From: a virus
Lineage: Duplodnaviria > Caudoviricetes
Direction: 5' to 3' (one strand)
DNA length: 41,750 nucleotides
Virus record (IMG/VR): IMGVR_UViG_3300043493_000077
Coordinates: 1-41,750 of that record
Part shown: piece by piece, positions 1 through 8,532 of the stretch
Layout: each line of letters opens with the position of its first letter
How positions within the stretch are numbered: the first letter of the stretch is position 1
Position numbers and translations under genes: made by a program
The notes under the pieces: generated by a model
What the model was told of the DNA's origin: nothing
What the model saw: the letters and a program-made list of their open reading frames with translations, nothing else
The model's database searches: none

Positions 1-2130
1 CCACAGCGAGCCGCTAGCCCAGGCTTCCTTGAAGGCAGCAGCAATCGCTTTGGGGGCGCTGTTCTCATCCATGCCGATAGCCCTGGCCGCATCCTTCACA
101 TCAACATTAGGATAGTCCTTGCCACCCGACACTTCATCGTTGAGCCGGCGCAGGTATTCGTCGGCCTTCTCCTTGTAATAGCCGCCTTCCGCTGCGGCCA
201 TATCCTCGGCTGTCACATCGCTGGGCGCAAAAAGGCCAGGAATGTCATGGAGAGCGCTCTCAAACTCCTTCGCCATCGCATTGGCCGCCCGCTCCATATC
301 GGCCTGGTTCTTTTTGGCTGCGGCCTCCCAGGCACTGGCCGCCTTTTTGTCTGCCGCCTCACGGTCGGCAATACCCTTCTTGGTCGCCTGTTCGTTCTCG
401 TGCGTCCATTTGGTCTGCCAGTCGGTCATGATGTCGGCGGTCGATCCGCCGCCTGGCGTCAGGAAGCCGCCGCCGCTGGTGATGCTCAGTTGTTTTAGGT
501 AATCTTCGCCCGGCAATTGCGGCCCTTGCACAGCCGTAAAGCCTTTGCCCGGCACATTGAGATAGGATTGCCCGCCGGCGATGACGCTCATCCAGTGAGC
601 CGTCTCTTGCATGGTAAGGTTGGCCTGGCTCTGGATGGCGTTGTAGGCATCCGTGGCTGCGCCCAGCGATCCGTAGCCGGCTGCCAGTGCGTCTGCCTTT
701 GTGATCACGCCACCGATGACCTCGGCATACTGGCGGGTATCCTCTTCAACCTGCTGCGTGCCGCTGGAGAGCTCGGTGTAGCGCTGGGTGATCATGTCCA
801 GGGTCATCTGCCACTGGTCGCCAATGCTGCCGGTGCGCCCCATGTCATCGGCGAGGTCGGCGAGCGCCTGCGCGTACTGCCTGCCGCCCTCCACTCCCTC
901 TTTCGTCAACTTGGTCTGCATCTCGACAGCGGCGGAATATTGGTCGAGCCTGGCCGTTTGCTTCTCCAGCTCGGCAGAGTCAAAGCCCAGGTCGTTGCCT
1001 TTCAACTCCTGGCGCTGAGACGAGATGTTGTAAGCATATTTGGTGTCCTGGCGTGTCTGTTCCTTGCTGACGTAGTTGACCATATCGGCGATGTTGCCGG
1101 CTGACTGGTTGAACCACTCCGATTGACCGGCTGCCAGTTTGAAGTCAGTCCAGGCCTTGCCCAATCGTTCAACACCGGTGGCCGCGGCCGCCGAGGAGTC
1201 GCTGATCTTGCCGAATTTTTCTTCCCAAATGTCCAGGATCGCCTCCTGATAAAGAGCCGACTCGCTGGCGCCTTCGTTGGCCGCCTTCAACTCATCCATC
1301 TTGTCCTTGAACTCACCAACGCCGATGCCGATCTGGTCAAGGCGATTGGTAGTGGTGTTAGAGATCGCCAGTTGCGCTTGGCCGACGATGTAATCGGCAT
1401 TGCTGCCCATCGCCAGCGATGCCCCGCGTGCGCCGCGCACAAAGCGTTCCAACTCCTTAGAGCTGTCGGCAAAGCCCAGCGTCTGCAACTTGGTGACCTG
1501 TGCGAGCTCGGTCGCCTGATCGACGGCGCCGCCTGTGGCTTCATCGTAGGCGCGCATCAATGCGTTGAGCTGTGCCTGTGAACCCGCCAGCGAAAGGGCG
1601 GCCACCTGTTGGCGGTTGTAGGCCGTGGCGATTTGGTTGGCCTCGGTCATAAACTGTACGCCCTGCTGGACAGCATAGCCGACACCGATACCCGCAATAC
1701 TGGTATTGAGGAGGGATTGCACCCCGCCGAAGCCAGGGATAACCTCTCCACCGAGGCGCGCCCCAAGGGCTCCCGTGGCCTGTGAAGCTCGACGCGCTTC
1801 GGCAGCTCGCCTGGTCACTTCGCTCTTGACCTCTTCGGTCGTGCGCCGCTCAACAGCGACCACGGCCTGGCTGGCCTCGTTGGCCTCACTGATTTTAGCG
1901 GCTGTCTCTGCTTGGGCGGCGGCCACGCGCTCTGAGGCGCCGGCTTTGGCCGCGGCGCTCATCTGGCTCTGCTGGGCTTGCATAGCCGCGACGACGCCTT
2001 GCCCGCTGTCGGTCGGCATCTTGATCTGCGCCAGCGCTTGCTGGTAGATCTGCTGCAACTTCTTCGCCGCTGCCTCAGCGCTGGCAACGTCGATGTCGAC
2101 GATATAAGAAAATTTTTGGCTACTGTTCAT
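1..2130 (-). CDS. Tail tape measure protein, N-terminal ~710 aa (runs off the window start)
   Basis: ATG at 2130 overlaps the HNH stop (ATGA). Frame reads MNSSQKFSYIVDIDVASAEAAAKKLQQ...AFKEAWASGSLW, with no stop in the segments I translated. Ala/Gln-rich helical composition, downstream of tail tube and chaperones. Absent from the ORF track, consistent with no in-window stop. Confidence 0.85.
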   Translation of the reverse strand, partial: MNSSQKFSYIVDIDVASAEAAAKKLQQIYQQALAQIKMPTDSGQGVVAAMQAQQSQMSAAAKAGASERVAAAQAETAAKISEANEASQAVVAVERRTTEEVKSEVTRRAAEARRASQATGALGARLGGEVIPGFGGVQSLLNTSIAGIGVGYAVQQGVQFMTEANQIATAYNRQQVAALSLAGSQAQLNALMRAYDEATGGAVDQATELAQVTKLQTLGFADSSKELERFVRGARGASLAMGSNADYIVGQAQLAISNTTTNRLDQIGIGVGEFKDKMDELKAANEGASESALYQEAILDIWEEKFGKISDSSAAAATGVERLGKAWTDFKLAAGQSEWFNQSAGNIADMVNYVSKEQTRQDTKYAYNISSQRQELKGNDLGFDSAELEKQTARLDQYSAAVEMQTKLTKEGVEGGRQYAQALADLADDMGRTGSIGDQWQMTLDMITQRYTELSSGTQQVEEDTRQYAEVIGGVITKADALAAGYGSLGAATDAYNAIQSQANLTMQETAHWMSVIAGGQSYLNVPGKGFTAVQGPQLPGEDYLKQLSITSGGGFLTPGGGSTADIMTDWQTKWTHENEQATKKGIADREAADKKAASAWEAAAKKNQADMERAANAMAKEFESALHDIPGLFAPSDVTAEDMAAAEGGYYKEKADEYLRRLNDEVSGGKDYPNVDVKDAARAIGMDENSAPKAIAAAFKEAWASGSLW

Positions 2131-2699
2131 TGGCGTGTTTTACCAGTTACAATCAACCATATATTGCCTCTGCTGACTCCGAATTGTTGAGCAATTTTTG
2201 GACAAGACAGGCCATCCTTTGATAACCGGCGAATTTCGGCCACCTCGCTATCGCTGAGTTTGAAATAGCCATTCTTTTCGCCACGGCGATGTAGCAGCTT
2301 TGCGCCTTTCTCAACTGACATCGTATGGCCCAATACAACTTTGGCATGTCGCAAATTTTCGGATGCTGTAACGTATTCAAGATTGACTAGGCGATTGTCA
2401 TCCTTTTGACCGTTCTTGTGATTTACCTCAAGATCGCTATGGCCCACAAATGCCAATTGAACGAGTCGATGAACATAGCGCCGAATAATCTTACCCTCAT
2501 CACAAAGGCAAACAGCCAAATAGCCATGTCCAGCCAAAATTGGCTTGAGCACTCTTTCGGTCTTGCCAAGAAACGATCTGACGCGGCCATGACTGGATAT
2601 GGCATAGCGTCCTTCAAAGGTTGCAATTGGCAACCAAATCTCTTCATCGGCAAATAAGGATAATTGTTGGACGTGTGGGGAACAGGTAGAATCAAACAT
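2127..2699 (-). CDS. NUMOD4-HNH homing endonuclease with C-terminal HTH
   Basis: EIWLPI..FEGRYAISSHGRVRS (NUMOD4-like); VHRLV...VNHKNGQKDDNRLVNLEYVTASENLRH (HNH); C-terminal IAQQFGVSRGNI. Confidence 0.9.
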   Translation of the reverse strand: MFDSTCSPHVQQLSLFADEEIWLPIATFEGRYAISSHGRVRSFLGKTERVLKPILAGHGYLAVCLCDEGKIIRRYVHRLVQLAFVGHSDLEVNHKNGQKDDNRLVNLEYVTASENLRHAKVVLGHTMSVEKGAKLLHRRGEKNGYFKLSDSEVAEIRRLSKDGLSCPKIAQQFGVSRGNIWLIVTGKTRQ

Positions 2700-2767
2700 G
2701 GTACGTGCGCCTCAATCGCATGTACTGAATGGGTAGCGTGGCGCTCTAACGCCGCGCTACTTTTTAT
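2664..2767 (+). ncRNA. Putative antisense sRNA covering the HNH ribosome-binding site (sar-like)
   Basis: TTGTTG(2664)-17 nt-TAGAAT(2687) inside the first HNH codons; intrinsic terminator GTAGCGTGGCG/CGCCGCGCTAC followed by T5 (2733-2765). Confidence 0.55.
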
Positions 2768-2835
2768 AATGCCGCCCGCCGTTAGCATACGTGCGACGCA
2801 GGCGGCGGAAACGTGGTTTACTCCTGTATTATACC

Positions 2836-3318
2836 TCATTTCTGGTTCATTATCCCTTTCAGCCCCTGCTCGATGACGCGGCTGATACGCTCCTCGCCGG
2901 CGACGGTGACATGGCTGACCGGACGCGCCGGCGTCCTTCCATCGCCCAGCTCATGCTTGGCTGTAAAGGCATGCTCTGAGCCCTCCTCGACCGACCAATG
3001 GCTTGACGACTGGCGTAGTTCGTGGACGTGCTGTGGGTGAGTCGGTTCTACCCAGCTACGCTTGTAGTCGCCAGAGCGCACCAGGATCGGGCCGGCGCCA
3101 TAGCCTTGAGCCAGGCGGATGCGAATGGTGACATCGGAGAGGCGCGGCCAGCTCAGCCCGGCATCGGACTCGCTGGTAAAGTTGCGCTCAAACTCTTCGC
3201 AGATGGCCTGCTGAATGGCCGAGACCAGCGGCGCCGGTGGGATGGCAAGCTGTTGGATATGTTCGATAGTTTGGTTGAAGTGCTGCTGGCTCTGTGGGTT
3301 GGGGCGTAGGGTCATCAT
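2836..3318 (-). CDS. Virion morphogenesis / tail completion protein (Mu gpG / P2 gpS-like)
   Basis: NF..E...G..WPRLSD.TIR.R...G.G..PILVRSG and HELGDGRTPARP motifs. Confidence 0.75.
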   Translation of the reverse strand: MMTLRPNPQSQQHFNQTIEHIQQLAIPPAPLVSAIQQAICEEFERNFTSESDAGLSWPRLSDVTIRIRLAQGYGAGPILVRSGDYKRSWVEPTHPQHVHELRQSSSHWSVEEGSEHAFTAKHELGDGRTPARPVSHVTVAGEERISRVIEQGLKGIMNQK

Positions 3319-3653
3319 GGCTTCACCTTTTTCTCCAGACTTTCTTGGCGCCGGCGCTCACGTCTGATCTCTTCGAGAATGTAGGCAAAGTCCTGCCGCA
3401 TGGCCGCCGGCATCTCTGCGGCTTGCATCGGCGAGATGCCTTGTTGTGCGCCGCCGAAGCTCCACCAGGTCATAAAGATTTCGAGGTTGGCTTCATCCAG
3501 AAGCCCTTTACGTTCAGCCTCGGCTAGCTCCTTTGGTGTAATTGGTGGTAGCGGTAGCGGTCCGTCCTTCGCCTCTTGCTTGGCGCGCAGCTCGCCTGCC
3601 ACCAGCGCTTTGGCGAGCCCTTTTACCAGTTTGCGCTGACTCCGCCGTTTTTT
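3315..3653 (-). CDS. Tail assembly chaperone, -1 frameshift extension (gpT-like)
   Basis: Open in the -1 frame directly after the A_AAA_AAC heptamer (KKRRSQRKLVKGLAKALVAGEL...), continuous with ORF 3315..3602. Confidence 0.75.
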   Translation of the reverse strand, partial: KKRRSQRKLVKGLAKALVAGELRAKQEAKDGPLPLPPITPKELAEAERKGLLDEANLEIFMTWWSFGGAQQGISPMQAAEMPAAMRQDFAYILEEIRRERRRQESLEKKVKP

Positions 3654-4141
3654 TTGGCGTCATCATTGTCTTGCGTGCGCCACATGCCAGGGTTGACGGC
3701 GTTGGCGGTTTCGGTCAGCGAGCCGATCATGGCAAAAGGCGCATTGGCCTCAAAACCCTCTTTGGTCTGCCACTCAGCCGGAATCTCGGCAGGCGTCCAC
3801 GCCGGCGCACTCGGGTGCCCATTGGGCGTGGTGATCTCCGGAGAGCGCATGCGCCGTTCGACTCCTTGCAGGCTCGCCATGATGCAGGCATGGTTGTGCG
3901 CTCGCAGCCACAGCACCACTGCTTGCGAGGAGACTTCGGCATCGCTGCCAGTGCGGGCAGCGTCATAGCTCTGGCCGTGCTCCTTTTCGTACCAGGCATC
4001 AAAGGCGCGCATGGCGCTCCAGTAGCGCCCCATGTCCAGGGTGGTACAGGAGCGTAGCGTGAAGCGGTAGTCCTCCACTTCGCCATCGCCATTTTGTGGA
4101 GGAGTAGTCCAAATCACCGTGCGTTTGGCGCTCAGGTTCAT
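3623..4141 (-). CDS. Tail assembly chaperone (gpG-like)
   Basis: ATG at 4141 (MNLSAKRTVIW) just after the tail tube stop; ends DAKKNGGVSANW with a slippery site. Confidence 0.75.
   Translation of the reverse strand: MNLSAKRTVIWTTPPQNGDGEVEDYRFTLRSCTTLDMGRYWSAMRAFDAWYEKEHGQSYDAARTGSDAEVSSQAVVLWLRAHNHACIMASLQGVERRMRSPEITTPNGHPSAPAWTPAEIPAEWQTKEGFEANAPFAMIGSLTETANAVNPGMWRTQDNDDAKKNGGVSANW
3647..3655 (-). promoter_or_regulatory. Programmed -1 ribosomal frameshift site (A AAA AAC)
   Basis: GCC AAA AAA AAC gives an X XXY YYZ heptamer in the correct phase at the chaperone 3' end; the -1 frame is open. Confidence 0.8.
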
Positions 4142-4151
4142 GGTCGTAGCC

Positions 4152-5201
4152 CTAGCCGGCGTAGCTGGGGAGCTTGTTGACGAGCGTGATCTTGATCGGC
4201 GTGGCATTGTCATCCACCATGCGGTAGGGGAATGTCCATTCGACCGTATTCGTGCCCTCGGCCTGGAAATCGTTGAGGGTGATTTCGGCATGGGCTATCT
4301 CAAAACGGATACTGTAAGGGATGGCGGTCGCCAGAATGTTCTCGGCGCTGTTAAAGGTCACATCGATCTTGGCAAGGGCGCAATCATCGGAGATGGTGTC
4401 AACGCCAACAGCGCCGCCCTTGATGCGCTCATAATTGACGTAATCGACATTGAGCCCTTCGACTGTGCCTGTAATGTCCTGCCCCGTTTGTGGTAGATCG
4501 CCACGTCCAAAGCTAAATAGTTTCTGCTGGTCTTGGTCGAAGGGGTTGTTGATGACGAGCGTGAAGCCCTCCTCCTCATTGGCCAACATCGTTACAGGCG
4601 TGCCATCCGGGTCATAATTGAGCACCATCGAACCGCGCGTGGTCAGGACTTCAAGCACCTCTTCATTGGTGGTCGTGATGCCGGATACAGGAACTTCATC
4701 CTCTTTGAGCGCTTGAAACGTGCCATTGTAGGTAAATCCTTGAGCGTTGGCGGTAAAGGTCAGCTGATTGACACGCGCATCAACGGCCATGCGATTTTTG
4801 CTGCCAATCTGGCTATGCACGCTAAGCCAGGGATGGGCGGTGCGATTGGCCAGGGTAAAGACGTGGCTGTAGGTGCCGGCAGCAGCAGCTACCCCGGCTG
4901 TCGTGACGACGACAAAACCAGCGCCAAGCAAGAGGTAACCGATCAGGTCGGGATACATATAGCCACGAAAGGAACCGTTGACGATGAAGGAGCTATAGCG
5001 TTGTTCGCTTTTGTGGACAGTGGCTCGATCCGGCCCGGTATTGCAACCGTGTTCACCACCTTTGTCGATGGGGTCTTTGGTTGAGTTGAGACCACTCATG
5101 GTCATGGTGCCGCAGACGACTTTTGTGGCGGGCGTTCCCTTTGCCGTCTGCTGGCCTACTTTGAACCTAGCAGTTGTGCTAGGGACTTTTTCACCTGCCA
5201 T
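4152..5201 (-). CDS. Major tail (tube) protein
   Basis: 349 aa, beta-rich; GQQTAKGTPA, IGYLLLGAG..., YSHVFT motifs; lies before the chaperones; GGAGG RBS. Confidence 0.8.
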   Translation of the reverse strand: MAGEKVPSTTARFKVGQQTAKGTPATKVVCGTMTMSGLNSTKDPIDKGGEHGCNTGPDRATVHKSEQRYSSFIVNGSFRGYMYPDLIGYLLLGAGFVVVTTAGVAAAAGTYSHVFTLANRTAHPWLSVHSQIGSKNRMAVDARVNQLTFTANAQGFTYNGTFQALKEDEVPVSGITTTNEEVLEVLTTRGSMVLNYDPDGTPVTMLANEEEGFTLVINNPFDQDQQKLFSFGRGDLPQTGQDITGTVEGLNVDYVNYERIKGGAVGVDTISDDCALAKIDVTFNSAENILATAIPYSIRFEIAHAEITLNDFQAEGTNTVEWTFPYRMVDDNATPIKITLVNKLPSYAG

Positions 5202-5257
5202 ACAGCCTCCTTAAATGATGCCCGCCGCCAGCACGCTTGCGCAGCGGCGGCAGATAG

Positions 5258-5788
5258 TCAGACCGTAGTCGTAAATTCGAGGTCAAGCGAAGCGACACCA
5301 AACCAGGGATCGGCCTGTGCTTCAGTCGCACGCGGATAGCGGGCGATGGCGCTGTCGCCCACCGTGATCGTGGACAGGCGTTCGCCGCTGTCATCGGCGA
5401 TCAGCGGGAAAGCAGATCCGGCCCCCCAGCCGCCGGCGACCAGCTGGCGAGCCAACGTCTCCAGGCGCTTCTCCAGCACTTTGGCATCGCGCTCTGAGGT
5501 GAAGCTGTCTCCCTCCACTACGGCAAACCAGCGGTAAGGAATGTGTTTGCGGTAATGGGCAATGCCATCGCCGAACATCGTTTCCGTGGCTGGACGGCGC
5601 ATGGTCGAGCTGGAGACAATGATGGCCGGAAATGTCCAGACAGCAGGGTTGTCCCATTCGGCATAGTTGCGGACAAGGGTGGCAACTACCATCTTGACCG
5701 TCAGCGTCGGAAACTGCCCCTCGTCCATTAACGGGCTCAGGATCTGTGATTGCCAAGCATCAAGGTCAGGCCACAATGCTTCTCCCAT
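5258..5788 (-). CDS. Putative tail terminator / head-tail joining protein
   Basis: Position before the tail tube; FPAIIV motif; TGATG coupling at 5788. Confidence 0.55.
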   Translation of the reverse strand: MGEALWPDLDAWQSQILSPLMDEGQFPTLTVKMVVATLVRNYAEWDNPAVWTFPAIIVSSSTMRRPATETMFGDGIAHYRKHIPYRWFAVVEGDSFTSERDAKVLEKRLETLARQLVAGGWGAGSAFPLIADDSGERLSTITVGDSAIARYPRATEAQADPWFGVASLDLEFTTTV

Positions 5789-6201
5789 CACCACACCTCA
5801 AAAATGGGCCTGCGGCGCGCGCGTAGCATATCAAACAAAAGGGTTTGGCCCGTCATGGTGGCAAAGAGCAATTCTTGCGCCGCCGCCTTCTCCTCCCAAT
5901 ATTCAATGCGGCTTTCATCCCAGCTTGTGCCGACATTCATCGGTACACCGCTGTCGCTGCTGTTGTTGGGTGTGGCGCCAATCTGCATCGCCTTCGCCCT
6001 GAAGGCCTTTCCATAGCAGTAGGCGGTTGCGGCCGCATTTTGCTGGTCAGACGGGACGTTGACGATCAAGAGGTCGGCCTGGTCGAGCCACTCTTCCAAG
6101 GCATCTTCAGCGGTCGCACCCGCCGCCCGGTCAGGGAACATCTTGGGCTGCAATTCACCGCGCGGGTAGAGTAGGTCAGATGGCGTCAGGCTGTGCGGCA
6201 T
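5788..6201 (-). CDS. Putative head-tail adaptor protein
   Basis: 137 aa helical protein downstream of the capsid cluster; called on synteny. Confidence 0.5.
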   Translation of the reverse strand: MPHSLTPSDLLYPRGELQPKMFPDRAAGATAEDALEEWLDQADLLIVNVPSDQQNAAATAYCYGKAFRAKAMQIGATPNNSSDSGVPMNVGTSWDESRIEYWEEKAAAQELLFATMTGQTLLFDMLRARRRPIFEVW

Positions 6202-6577
6202 GGGGCGGCATCCTTTTTTCGGCTTCTGTCATGGCGGCCACTATCTTATCGGCGGTTGCCTCCCCAATGCCAGGTAAGGCGTCCAGCTCTTCCTTGTCCA
6301 GTTCGGCCACTTGCCCATAGCTGGTATAGCCGGCCATGTACAGGTATTCGCGACCTGGAAAGTCGGCGGCCAGTTCATCGCTCGGTTTGATCGGCGTTGT
6401 ATCAGGCGTGGTGGGCGCGCTGGCCGACCATTCTCTGATGATGCCCCACTCCTTGAGCGATTCAGCTAGTGGCAAGGGAATGTGCGCCCTCCCTGGCCCG
6501 TAGGACAGTTCAGGCGCATCCTCACTTAGCCGGTAGGAAACGATGCGTGGCAATTCCACATAAACTTGTTCAGTCAT
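6176..6577 (-). CDS. Helix-hairpin-helix domain protein
   Basis: ELDALPGIGEATADKIV HhH motif. Confidence 0.7.
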   Translation of the reverse strand: MTEQVYVELPRIVSYRLSEDAPELSYGPGRAHIPLPLAESLKEWGIIREWSASAPTTPDTTPIKPSDELAADFPGREYLYMAGYTSYGQVAELDKEELDALPGIGEATADKIVAAMTEAEKRMPPHAAQPDAI

Positions 6578-6589
6578 GTTCCACGCCCC

Positions 6590-6967
6590 TTAGCTGTTCC
6601 TCTTCGGCACAGCGGGCTTGCCGGCCTGGCTATCATCAGCCTGCCCCGCGGCTGGCGTAGACAGCGAGGGGACGACAGGCGGCGATACCGTTTCGGTTGT
6701 GGCGGAAACGGCGCCGGCGGGTAGCTGGCCGCGGGTGGCAGCGTCGTCACCTTGTAGGCGCCCTTGGATGTTGCCACCCACAGGCTCCAGCTTGTCCTCA
6801 AAGCCGGCGGCTTCGGCTTCTGTCAGCTCTACCGTGTCGCCGGCTTGCAACTCTGGATTGGTGCCCCAGGTCTGCCCCTCTTTGACACGGTAGGTTTTCG
6901 TTTCTTCTTCCTTTGGCTCCGTGCTACGCGCCACGTGGCGCGGACGCCGCTGTTCTGATTGTTCCAT
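6590..6967 (-). CDS. Small capsid-adjacent hypothetical protein
   Basis: TYRVKEG...GDTVELTEAEA, a type often seen after capsid genes; low-complexity tail. Confidence 0.6.
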   Translation of the reverse strand: MEQSEQRRPRHVARSTEPKEEETKTYRVKEGQTWGTNPELQAGDTVELTEAEAAGFEDKLEPVGGNIQGRLQGDDAATRGQLPAGAVSATTETVSPPVVPSLSTPAAGQADDSQAGKPAVPKRNS

Positions 6968-7016
6968 CGTTCCCCCTTTTTTTCGGGAATAGGTGCGCGA
7001 AAAGAAAGTAACTTAG

Positions 7017-8048
7017 TCAGGCGCCGGTCGCGTGCACTACCCCGCTTCTGGCGCCGGCGCTCCCTTTGACGATTGGCGTGGTCACGGCCAACACCTTGAA
7101 GCTGTTGAGCATCCGGTCGCCGCTGACCCACTCACGCGTGGTCGATGGGAAGTAGCCGTCCACGAAGGCGATCTGCACAACGTCCGAGGTGAGCTGCACA
7201 AGCAGGATTGTGCCGTCGGCCAGTTGCGGAATCTGTTCGTAAGCGACAACACCTTGCATACGCAGGATGCGGTCACGCGGCGTATCGCCGCTACCATCGG
7301 TGTCATAGATAAAGGCCGCCTCATTGAACTGCGTAGCCGAGGCAAAGACGCCATATGGCCCGTAGTAGCCATCAGCCTGAGCGGCGCCGATCATGCCGGC
7401 AATCGTCTTGACGGCGTTGCCGGCGGTCGCCCAGTCGCCGCCGCCGAAGCTGGTAGCGGTGCCGGTGTTGCGGTTGGGATGGGTCGTGAGCCCGTAGATG
7501 GTTTGGCCGAGGATGTTGATCGAGGTATCGCCTACGATTAGCATATCCTCAATCTTTTCGGCGACGACGCGGGCGGCCGCGGCGGCGTTGGCGACATCGA
7601 GGCCGTCACCCAACATGCGGCTGGATTGCAAGAGGCGCTCATCCAGCTCAAACTCTTTGGCCACGACCGGCACCGGCACGCCGGCAATCGTGAAGTCGGC
7701 CAGGTCTTTTTCGACCGAGGCATGGCCGCGGATGGTGGCGCTGGCGGCTGTCATCTCTCCGATTTGGTTGTACTGGGCGATGATGGTGCCGATACTGCCA
7801 AGACGACGCGTCAGCCCGCGGCTGACGAGCAGACTGGTCATGCGCAGCGGTGGCAAGGCGGCGGCGACAATCTGGCTGTCAAGCTCGGCCCATTCCGTGC
7901 TGCGTAAGGCCGAGTTGACGCGCAGGCCGCGGGCGGATGTGATCGTGACCTCGCCTGTGCGCTTGTTGACGGTGGGTCGCCCGCCGAGGATGGCCTGTTG
8001 TCCTGCACTCGAATTAAGGTCGAGCACCTGAAGATTTGAATTTGGCAT
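7017..8048 (-). CDS. Major capsid protein (HK97 fold, Linocin_M18/encapsulin-like type)
   Basis: 343 aa; LRSTEWAELDSQIV, VPVPVVAKEFELDER, IYGLTTHPNR, GYYGPY motifs; follows scaffold and decoration genes. Confidence 0.85.
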   Translation of the reverse strand: MPNSNLQVLDLNSSAGQQAILGGRPTVNKRTGEVTITSARGLRVNSALRSTEWAELDSQIVAAALPPLRMTSLLVSRGLTRRLGSIGTIIAQYNQIGEMTAASATIRGHASVEKDLADFTIAGVPVPVVAKEFELDERLLQSSRMLGDGLDVANAAAAARVVAEKIEDMLIVGDTSINILGQTIYGLTTHPNRNTGTATSFGGGDWATAGNAVKTIAGMIGAAQADGYYGPYGVFASATQFNEAAFIYDTDGSGDTPRDRILRMQGVVAYEQIPQLADGTILLVQLTSDVVQIAFVDGYFPSTTREWVSGDRMLNSFKVLAVTTPIVKGSAGARSGVVHATGA

Positions 8049-8056
8049 GATTTCTC

Positions 8057-8530
8057 CTATGCCATCCTGACGCGGATGCGGGCGTCCGAACCTGATGCGT
8101 TGTTGACGGCTTCCTCGGCATAGCCGACCAGGCTGTCAATGGCGGTGCCGGCTGCCGCTTGCAAGGCGCCGGTGCCTGCCGATTCGAGCGCCGCCCCCTT
8201 GGCGACATTGCTGCCGGTCTTGATCAGCATGTAGAGCACATCGCCCGGAACAGCGTGGACATAGGCTGCGGTCTGCCCGGCGGTATAGCTGGCATCGATG
8301 GCGGCGACGGTCGTGTCGGTGGCCCACAGATTATCCAAGGCCACTTTGTTGCCGTTGCGGTTGCCGCCGGCGGTGGCGTGAGGCTTGACGGTGTTGGTGG
8401 TGCCAAAGTCGAGCAACATGCCCGGCTTGACGGTAGCGGCCGCTTGTACCGGCGCCTCCATCGGGCGCTGCATACCGTTGTCACGGTTGTTGCTGCGCAG
8501 CACAATCGTGTGGGGTGTGGTGCTCGCCAT
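8057..8530 (-). CDS. Head decoration / capsid cement protein
   Basis: 157 aa; VKPGMLL, LESAGTGAL, VGYAEEAV...RIRVR; lies between scaffold and capsid. Confidence 0.7.
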   Translation of the reverse strand: MASTTPHTIVLRSNNRDNGMQRPMEAPVQAAATVKPGMLLDFGTTNTVKPHATAGGNRNGNKVALDNLWATDTTVAAIDASYTAGQTAAYVHAVPGDVLYMLIKTGSNVAKGAALESAGTGALQAAAGTAIDSLVGYAEEAVNNASGSDARIRVRMA

Positions 8531-8532
8531 GA

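Noticed and set aside
242-2190. Many plus-strand ORFs of 70-195 aa
   Set aside because: They are antisense shadows of the GC-rich tape measure frame, with no RBS or recognisable motifs; the same applies to most plus-strand ORFs in 1-24 kb and 32-41.7 kb
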